A stretch of DNA of 64,000 nucleotides from Piromyces finnis finn. Taxonomy: Eukaryota; Fungi; Neocallimastigomycota. The translations under genes and the position numbers were made by a program. Location: contig MCFH01000008.1 of the NCBI GenBank assembly GCA_002104945.1, positions 1 through 64,000 on the forward strand, written 5' to 3'. Under the pieces are notes generated by a model, which was not told the DNA's origin, made no database searches, and worked only from the letters and a program-made list of their open reading frames with translations. Positions within the stretch are counted from its first letter, which is position 1, and each line of letters opens with the position of its first letter. Below, piece after piece: positions 1 to 9,207 of this stretch.

Positions 1-1803
1 TGTTTTAATCCAATGAAGATATTCTTGCTTCCTAAATTCATTACATCTTTTGTGGATGTAATCAATGAGCTTACGGTAGATTTTAATTCTTTTAATAAAT
101 TCATCTATATCATAAATTCTTTCTTTTTTAAATCTCTTATACAACTTCATTTTGATTTTTTGAAGATTAAAAATTTGTTGTGAAATATGAAATGAAGACT
201 TTATAACATTATTTGCTGAGGTAATACTGAGCTCGTCTGCAATTGAAAAAGCAGTTGAAGTAAACTCTTTGGAAAGTTCATCTGTAGAAATATTAGGATC
301 GTTGAATTTTGCTGAAAGTATTTGGAATTTATTATGACTGAGAATAGATTCCTTTTCCTCAATACATTTTAATCTATTCCATTTCAGAATTTTCTTAGGA
401 ACATTAAAGTCATTAGAAAAATCTTCCATAGGAATAATTTTACCATTAATAAGAAGTGGCTTATGGTCTGATACAGGATAAAAATTATTTATAAATGATC
501 CTGAGTGAATAAGATCTTTCATCTTCGAATTGATAAGAGCATGGTCAATGTCGGAAGATTGATCACCTCGAGTCCAAGAGATAGTAGACCCTCTAAGCGG
601 AAGAATTTCTCAATCTCCTAATCCATTAGTTGATAACCAGTTGGATAATTTTACTTTAGACATATTAAAATCACCAACGAGAATTGATGGATGGGATGAA
701 TGAGTTTGTAACCACAAGCGAACTTCTAACTTTGCATGATCAACATAGTTGTTGTGATGACTATGAGGCATATAAACATTTCCAATCGAGCATTTGAATC
801 TATTCCAGAGACTAAAAGTATAAATAGAAATAATATACTTTCCAGAGAAGTTTTCAAGTGAGGCTTGACATGAATTGTGAAAACCTAAATATAAACCTCT
901 CATTCCCGGAACTGATTCGTCAGCTTTCTTGAAAAAGTGTCTATAGTTTCGCAAAGTAACACGACAAGGATAATCTGTATTCGATCCAGAACCATTACCA
1001 GTTTCTTGGAAACATAAAAATAATGGTTTGAAAATAGCTGTGAAATAGCTAATACTATCTCTCTTTTCGTGATTCCACCCATTGGTGTTCCAACTAAGAC
1101 AAAAAGAAAAGTTATCAGGCTTGTTGGATGAGGAAGAATCGTTGCTATTATTATTATTATTAAAGTCATCGTTATTAATGGATAATGCATCAGAGGAATA
1201 AGTAGAACTATTACTAGATGGCTGTGAAACTGAAGAACTATCAACTATTGAACTGTTATCAGAGTTGATAGAACTATTAGAATTAATTGTTGAATGTTGA
1301 GATTGAAATTGTGTTTGCTGTAGATCTGGAATATTTTCATGATGGGAAACTTGTTGAAGATCTTGTTGAAGATCGGATTGTTGATGAGATTGTTGAACTG
1401 ATTGTTGAAATGATTGTTGAATAGAATGTTGATGTTTATTAGAAACTAAAATTTTACGTTTGAGTGTGGAAAAAGTGTATTTGTGATTCCTTCTACTACG
1501 AGCTGAAAAGGAAATTGAGGTAACTGAAAGTTTCTTCTTTAACATGTGTATGATTTTAATACAATCTTTCGATGAACCATGAACCTTGACTAAGAAAAAG
1601 TGATCATTGAAAGTCTGAAAATATTTAACACTAATAACTGAATTAAATTTATCTTCTAGAATAAACTCGAGTTTTTCCTATAGCATATTTACTGACCATG
1701 ATCGAATACCACGGATAAAGGAGCGAATATCATCTAAGGGGATACCATAAGACCGGGTACTACGTCTGATATAATTCTTATCTTTAATATAAAGGACTGA
1801 CAT
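1..1803 (-). mobile_element. LINE-A: 5' part of an APE-endonuclease non-LTR retrotransposon ORF with two in-frame stops, continuing off the left edge
   Basis: Manual translation from ATG 1803 stays in one frame to position 1, apart from TAG (1678-1680) and TGA (610-612). APE motifs: SWNTNG, FQETG, GNVYMP, LVGDFN, and after the TGA, WTRG..SDIDH and SDHKPL. Confidence 0.9.
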
Positions 1804-2405
1804 GATAATTAATTCTAATTAAAAAATATTGAATATAAAATAAATACTAATAAAAATTATAAATATAACGTATATGGAAAAAAATCTGTCTCTCTCTCTC
1901 TTCTTAAAAGTACTGGATAGTACAAAAATTGTTACGATGCTTTGTTTAAAGTTTCTTTTTTTTATGAATTCTAGTTGTAAATTTTCTTTAAAAATTCTAG
2001 TTTTGGTTTGTTGTTAGTAAATTCGATTCGCTTTTTGACACTAAAATTGTTTGACTTTACTTTTCATTAAATATTTAAATTGGTAAAAAAATTTGAATCA
2101 AGAATGTCGACACCAGAAAGCTTGTGAATAGTATTTTTACATGATGTAGAGTGAATCAGTCTCTTACAAGAAACAATACAACAATAGCTACATAAATATA
2201 AAAATACAATGCAAATGCTAAAGTTGACTACATTGGATTCTTACAAGAGAAGAGTAGTACTACATGAATACATGAATAAAAGAAAAAATACAACAACAAA
2301 ATGTATTACTCTTCTAATTAAATACTATACAAACTTACCTGAAAAATCAAACATTCACTTATTCATCAAATACTTAAATTTGATGAATAAAATGTTTTTT
2401 AATCG

Positions 2406-2726
2406 CTCAGTACCATGAGCTTAGTCCTAATAATTTTCCCTTAAAGACTAACCAAGCATCCATTGCGCAATACTTGGATTTAATTCTTTCTACTCTCTCA
2501 GTACCATGAGCATGAGTAGACCCCCTTGAGAAACTCTATTTATTAAATAAATGAAGGCACGTTCCCAAGAGGGGAGTACCATGAGCTTAGTCCTAATAAA
2601 TTTCCCTTAAAGACTAACCAAGCATCCATTGCGCAATACTTGGATTTAATTCTTTCTACTCTCTCAGTACCATGAGCATGAGTAGACCCCCTTGAGAAAC
2701 TCCATTTATTAAATAACTGAAGGCAC

Positions 2727-2729
<3 letters not shown>
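2406..2729 (-). repeat. Tandem 166-bp structured repeat, units 1-2
   Basis: GTACCATGAGCTTAGTCC starts at 2410 and again at 2576 (period 166). The units differ by only a few substitutions and each contains four inverted repeats. Confidence 0.95.
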
Positions 2730-2770
<41 letters not shown>

Positions 2771-5668
2771 GGCATCAAATATTTTAAACTTTATTATTAA
2801 TTTAATTAAAATTATAATACATGTAATGAAAAAATTAAAAATAAAAATAAAAATAAAAAAAAATATGTTTAATTAAACACAAATGAATAAAAATTGGGTA
2901 TAATGTATTCTAGTAATTTTAATTAAAGTAAGAAAGCCACTATCATACTAAAGTATAATAATTGTATTTGACTTCCAATGGGACACCGAGCCAAAGATCG
3001 AAATTTTATCATGGAACAAAATTATGATCTCCATTGGTTGCGCTGGCCCTCCTGGCCTGTCTTACTGTTTCTTCAGCATTGACGCTCTTGGATGTTGCTT
3101 CAAACCTTTTGAACATTGACCATTGCTGGCCAATAGCAAAAGGCATGATTTTGGTTAGAAGTTCCGCGGTTACCGTCAAGAATGGTGTTCCTTCGTTAGT
3201 ACCAGATTGAATCTGACGCTTACAAAGTTCTTTCCATTCCCTTGAATTGTAATTGATATTGTTAAAACTTCTTCCCCCAAGAAGGAATTTAAATATTTTA
3301 CTGCACACACTAGAATAATCATACACATTAATATTCACCGGATTATTAGAACTATTACTATCATTAACTAAATTACTATCTAAATTAGAATTATTATCTT
3401 CACTATTGCTATCATTACTAATATTATTATTTCTATTACTACTATTGTTATTATTACTATTGTTACTATTACTATTGTTATTACTACTATTGTTACTATT
3501 ACTATTAATATTATTACTATCTCTACTGATATTATCAATTTCATTATTATTGATAGGACTATTGGAATTACGTTGACTGAAAAAATTTAATAGCTGGACT
3601 ATGGAATCATAATGTTTAATACGGATATCTCTAAATGTTGGACAATCTAATAACCAATGTTTAATACTTTGATCTCCACACTTGCAACATGGACAGTAGT
3701 TAGGACAAACTGGATCAACAAATTTGGCAGCTTTGGCAACTCTAGCATCCAACTTGTATCCGCTTCTTGCTTTCAATAGCCAGTAGAAGCCATAGGCAAA
3801 CTCTGGGTACTCATAACATAATTTAATAAAATCTTTAGTTTCAATAAATTTATTATCATCATAATATTGCGCTTTGATTGAATTCCTTTTGAGATCTTTC
3901 CAATAAAAGTTTTTAACTGCTTTAACATCTCCATGTTTCTTTAGTTTTTTATCAAGTGTCCTACTTGATTTGAACCACGTGTATTTTCTAAATTTAGGAA
4001 TGTAATTGACAAGGTGTGAGATAATACAATTTGAGTTTTTCCATTTGTTAAAACATCTAACCTGAGCTAATGCACATTTGGCTGACAATGGAGGAATATT
4101 CAAATCTTTTGAGATAGAGTATAAAGATATAAACGATACAGCTTTATGAACTCCGGCAACCCATCGTAATCCTTTGTTAACATGCTTCTGAGCAATCCTA
4201 GACTTAGCTTTGTTGGATCCAAGTAATGGTGCAAAGTATGAAACTCTGCTAATCACTTGTGAGTTAAGTACTAGTTTTTTGAAAGGAATAGGAATATTAG
4301 GATTTCTTAAGAATTTACTGACTGAAAAAAGTCCTTTCAAAACTTTGTTATTAAGAGCTTTAATAACTGGTTTAAGGGACAGATTCTTATCAAATGGAAC
4401 ACCAAGATAAGTATAGCAATCAGTAGTTGGAATGGGTTGTCCTGCTAAGTAAAATGTTGGATCTCTCTTGTTCTGATTTTCTATTGATTCAGGACGAATC
4501 ACCATCGTTGAACATTTCTGGATACCAAATTCCATTTCATTATACAAGGCCCATTCATTAACTCTTCTAAGCATCTTTTTTAAGCATCCTCTTGTTGGAG
4601 CACAAATAACTATATCATCTGCAAAAAGTCCACCACAGCATCGAGTGTCACCTAAACTGACTCCTAGATCTTCGCACTCTCTAAATATATCATTAATAAA
4701 GAGATTAAAGAGAATAGGAGAAAGAGGGCAACCTTGACGGACTCCTTTCTTCACATCAAAAGATTTCGAGAATTGTCCATCTAATTTGACATTAGCCTTA
4801 GATGTTAAATATAAATTTTTGATGAATTGTAAACTCTTACCTCGGATTCCTAAACAATCTAATTTATGGAGAATATTACCGATTGGGACTGAATCGTATG
4901 CTTTCCTGAGATCTAAAAAGGCCAAATATGTCTCTTTATTATCTAATTGACGTCTACGGCATATTTCTTGGATTGAAATGAAAAGACTAATACTTTCTTC
5001 CTTTTTTCGAAAACCAAATTGTTCAGGTCTAATGAAATTATTCTTTAAACCATATTCTGAGATTCTAGTGGTGACAATTTTGGAAATCAACTTAATACCA
5101 TTATTGATAAGTGATATACCTCGATAGTTATCACAATCTGTCAAATCTCCCTTCTTAGGAATAGAAACAATACTGGATTCATTCCATGAGTTGGGGAAGT
5201 CTCCATCCCAAATACGGTTAAATAATTTAAGAATAAAATTTAAACCATGAGCATCATTATCTGAAGTGGTATTACCAGAAGAATTATTATCTGTAGCATT
5301 ATTAGAATCATTACTTGATGGAATTAATGCTTTGTAAAATTCAATTGGAATACCATCCGGACCTGATGCTTTATAATTTGGAGTAGAGAGGATAGCTGAC
5401 TTGACTTCATCAATACTAATATCTTGGTTGATATCCCACTCATCAAGCATAGGAAGTGAAAAACGTTTATTCGTTGGTTCTTCATACCAATGCTCCAAAT
5501 CAAGACTTACACCACTTGGATCTGATGCAAGGTTTTCGAAATGATCATGCCACACATCTAGTTGTTCTTCCGTAGCAACAACTAATTCTCCATTTTTATT
5601 TTTAATTGGTTGAGCAATAAAGAAAGAATCTTTTCCAATTTTTGCAGTTTTCTTGATCCATTTCCAGG
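2728..5668 (-). mobile_element. LINE-B: 5'-truncated non-LTR retrotransposon (RT plus C-terminal CCHC zinc finger, no endonuclease), with poly(A) tail and TSD
   Basis: Uninterrupted ORF with GPDG, YRGISL, FLDLRKAYDSV, GVRQGCPLSPILFN, FADD, YLGV and CPCC..HWLLDC. 40-T tract at 2728-2767. Direct repeat CTGAAGGCACGTT at 2717-2729 and 5669-5681. Confidence 0.95.
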
Positions 5669-5812
5669 CTGAAGGCACGTTCTCAAGAGGGTACCAAGCA
5701 TCCATTGCGCAATACTTGGATTTAATTCTTTCTACTCTCTCAGTACCATGAGCATGAGTAGACCCCCTTGAGAAACTACATTTATTAAATAAATGAAGGC
5801 ACGTTCCCAAGA
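5669..5812 (-). repeat. Remainder of unit 2 and a third, internally deleted unit of the 166-bp repeat
   Basis: CCAAGCATCCATTGCGCAATACTTGG...GAAGGCACGTTCCCAAGAG matches 2452-2571. 39 nt are missing between ACC microhomologies. Confidence 0.9.
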
Positions 5813-5814
5813 GA

Positions 5815-5880
5815 GAATTAGCCTTAGATATTAAATATAAATTTTTTGATAAATTGTAAACTCTTTCCTCTAATTCCAAA
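5815..5880 (-). mobile_element. Short degenerate LINE RT fragment
   Basis: TTAGCCTTAGATATTAAATATAAATTTTTTGATAAATTGTAAACTCTT aligns with LINE-B 4794-4853 (KNLYLTSKAN region), with several mismatches and an indel. Confidence 0.75.
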
Positions 5881-6997
5881 TTTTTTTTTTTTTTAGTATT
5901 TTCTTTTACTATATTCTTTACAACTAATAGTAGAATTTTATTTTTCCTTCTTCATAAAAGCTAAAACTAGTAGTAATAAACCTTTTGAAATAATCCAACC
6001 ACTTTTTTTTTTTTTTAAAAAATTAATTTTATAAAACACACCACTTTTTTTTTTTATAAAGAAAAGACACACTTTTTTTTAAATTTTAATTTTATTAAAT
6101 TTATTTTTTTTTTATAAAAAAGAACAATATTAATTTTTATTAAAATACAAAATAAAACAGTAAACTTTTGAAAATATAAAAAAAACTTGAAAATAAAAAA
6201 TAGCAGCTTAATTGTTTATTAAAAAAAAAATTCTATATAAATTTAAAAATGATAAATAATTTGTTATTATTTACCAAAAATGTAAAAAAAAAAAAAACTA
6301 CAAGTTGAAGTCACTCTTTCAATAATAACAATAAAAAAAAAAGTAGGACTAGAATGTAAATTTTTAAGAATTTTTCTTTTATAAGAGACTATTAAAGATT
6401 CTTTATCTTATTATCTTTTTTATATCTTTTAATAAAAATTATCAATCATTCTTTAAATCATTATCTCATTATAAAAACTATCGTTTTCGTGGACATTTCT
6501 TTCTTGCCTAGTAGAAAAAATTACTACTATGTACGATCATTGGCAAAAAATATTTTTAGACGGAAATGCAAACTGATTATAAAATAAGAACTTTATGTTG
6601 AATAAATTCTTATTTTAAAAAATTATATTTACTTTATAATTTAGTAAAATATTCCCCCTTTCTCTATTTCATTGGGATATTAAACTTTAATATTTAAATT
6701 TATATATATTAATATTAAATAGTTTACTTGCCTTTCCTCATAGATATAATATATGTCTATGTATATATATATTATGTGCCTATTTATTTTACATCATTTA
6801 AAGAGGATTAAATTGATTTGAAAAAATACATCTATTTATTTCTCTTTTATTAAAGAGAAACTAAATATCTTTGGTTTTGACATATTCTTTCTCTGGTATC
6901 ATTTAATCCAATTTATATGATTGAGCCACATTAATTGCTTTATGTATTATTAACAATTTATTAAATACTTCTGTGTTGAACATTTTCTTTATAAATT

Positions 6998-7519
6998 TTA
7001 ATACACAATTAATGGTTTATCCTGACTCTTCTCGGCACCATTATTTACAATTCTAGTTAAATAATTTGAGTGACTTACCATATTTCTCTTGAGACCTTGA
7101 GATAACTTTGAAATTCCCATAGCAGCATTAATTCTACTTCTTTTTGGTTCCTTGGATTTTTGATTAAAGTAATCAACAGCAGAAAGAGCATTGATGGCTC
7201 TAAATGTAGAGTATTGGTTATTTATTCTTTGGCGGCTTCTAAAAGAAAGTCTTTGAGGAATACTTTGACAAGCACCAAAAGGAGTTATGGTACTCTTTTT
7301 TGTGGATATTCTTGATATTTTTTGAACAGGCTTTGATTTTTCTTCAATTTTTTGTTTTTCATATTCAGTATCTATTGGTCCATTTTGATATAAATCATCG
7401 TAACATCCTTTTCTATTTAAACTTGGATATTGTTCTAAGAAATGGCATATGTCTGAGCAATACATATCATTTTCACGGGCTTGTTTACCACATGGACACC
7501 ATTGTAAATCAACGTTCAT
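6998..7519 (-). CDS. Ecl1-like zinc-binding protein
   Basis: N-terminal WCPCGKQ...MYCSDIC motif resembles the fungal Ecl1 C..C-K/YCS..C pattern. Intronless, 173 aa. Confidence 0.5.
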   Translation of the reverse strand: MNVDLQWCPCGKQARENDMYCSDICHFLEQYPSLNRKGCYDDLYQNGPIDTEYEKQKIEEKSKPVQKISRISTKKSTITPFGACQSIPQRLSFRSRQRINNQYSTFRAINALSAVDYFNQKSKEPKRSRINAAMGISKLSQGLKRNMVSHSNYLTRIVNNGAEKSQDKPLIVY

Positions 7520-8680
7520 TTTATTTTTTTTTTGTCGATTAATTAAAATAACTTTTTAAAAAAAATTATAATTTTTTTTTTTTTTTTTTGAACTTTTGTT
7601 TAATAAAAATTCTAAAAATAATAATGCAAATTTTTTTTTTTTGTTGCAATTTTGTTCTTTTTATACTTTTTTTTTATTTATTAATTCTAATTTCTTCCAG
7701 TTTTTTCTATTTTTTTTTTACTATTTATTTCTATTATTTACTATATATTAATAACATAATACAATATAAAAGTAATATAATATAAATGATAAATTATTGC
7801 GCAATTTAATTAAATTTAAAAAAAATTTTTTTTGAAATTATTTAATTTTATTGGTTGAATTTTTATTTTTTATTAGCCATCCATTGGTAAGAAATTTCGA
7901 TCCTTTAATGAATCATTTTAATTATAAAAGATAAGATAGCCATAAAATCCAGCCAAAGAAATTTAAGATTTACCAGCCATTTACCACCAAACAATATTAA
8001 GAAAAGTAAAGAAAAAAAAAATTGGAAGAATACTACTAGTTATTAATAAATATAGATACATTATCTTTCTTTATAATAAAAGTAATAAAGGTAGTAGTAG
8101 TAGTAGTAATGTGGTGGTTGTAGTAAAGTAATAAAATACATAAATTATTAAATAAAAAACTTTTTTTAACTTTTTTCATCAATTTTCTTTTATACCACAT
8201 ATTTTACTTTGTGGTGGTAGATACATTTAAAAGAAAATTTTTATTAAGTAAATTCTAACCAATAAATCAAAAAAAAAAAAATATTAATTAGTGAATAAAG
8301 AGGAGAGGGTACGAATAAAGATATTGAATATAGCTTTATTTTTTTTATAGGAATTTAAAATAAGTAAAACTATAATTTTTTTAAAAAAAATACATAATAA
8401 TCATAAATAATAATAATGTTAATATATATATATATATATACTAGTATTAATAACAAAAAAATAAAGGACTATTTTTATTTTAATTATTTTTATTATTATT
8501 ACTGTTACAAATTGGTATATTGAAACATTATATGTAAAAAAGGGGTATATTTTATTATTAAAACAACAACAACAACAAAAAAAAAAAAAATAAATAAAAA
8601 ACATTAAGAAAATATTATATAGTATTATTAAACTTTAATATTTAATATATATATATATATAGGAGTTCGTTTTTTTTTTT

Positions 8681-9171
8681 TTAATTATTATTATGATCAT
8701 TGTTGTCGTTATTGGAAGAGTCTTCCTTTTTTTCAAAATTTTTATTGTAAACAGAAGGGATTGATCGTAGTTTGAAAAAAGAACCATCATAGTTTAGAGA
8801 TCCTGAAAGATAATCTATATTTTCTTTTTTCATGATACTGCTATTACTAAATGAATCATATTCATAAAGTGAGGTACGTGAACGTTTATAGGAGGGACGA
8901 TCATACTTTAAAAGAAAAGTATCACTACTACGTTTTCTATTGTACCCGCTTTTTTCATTGATATTCATACTGTTCACATTACCACCCTTATTTGTATTAC
9001 TATTTTTGTTATCGGAATTTTGAGTTTTAGTATCACTATTTATATCTCTGTAGTTATCTATTTTTTTATTAACTGTTTCAAAGGTCTTATTATTACCATC
9101 ATTATTATTATTGACCGCCAATATTATGGAGTTATTATTATTACTACTATTGACCGCCGATATTATAGAAC

Positions 9172-9207
<36 letters not shown>

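Noticed and set aside
610-1680. Alternative genetic code or RIP as the cause of the two LINE-A stops
   Set aside because: TGG is used for Trp throughout, and TGA ends other genes. Only one of the two inferred changes fits the CpA context, and LINE-B shows no stops.
2452-2477. TGCGCAATGGATG resemblance to U6 snRNA
   Set aside because: Only about 12 nt are similar. There is no ACAGAGA box or other U6 sequence.
2410-2575. 166-bp unit as a hammerhead, twister, HDV or hairpin ribozyme
   Set aside because: No CUGANGA/GAAA core on either strand. The plus strand has AGAAAC...GCACGUUC, resembling hairpin-ribozyme loop B, but I could not build loop A (AGAA opposite N-GUC). No HDV or twister topology found by eye.
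2410-2729. 166-bp repeat as a CRISPR array
   Set aside because: The units are repeated in full with no unique spacers, the context is eukaryotic and there are no cas genes.
5706-5879. N-terminal ~60 aa of the 956-aa ORF as real LINE protein
   Set aside because: It lies outside the TSD, reads through the repeat and an old fragment, and starts at a TTG.
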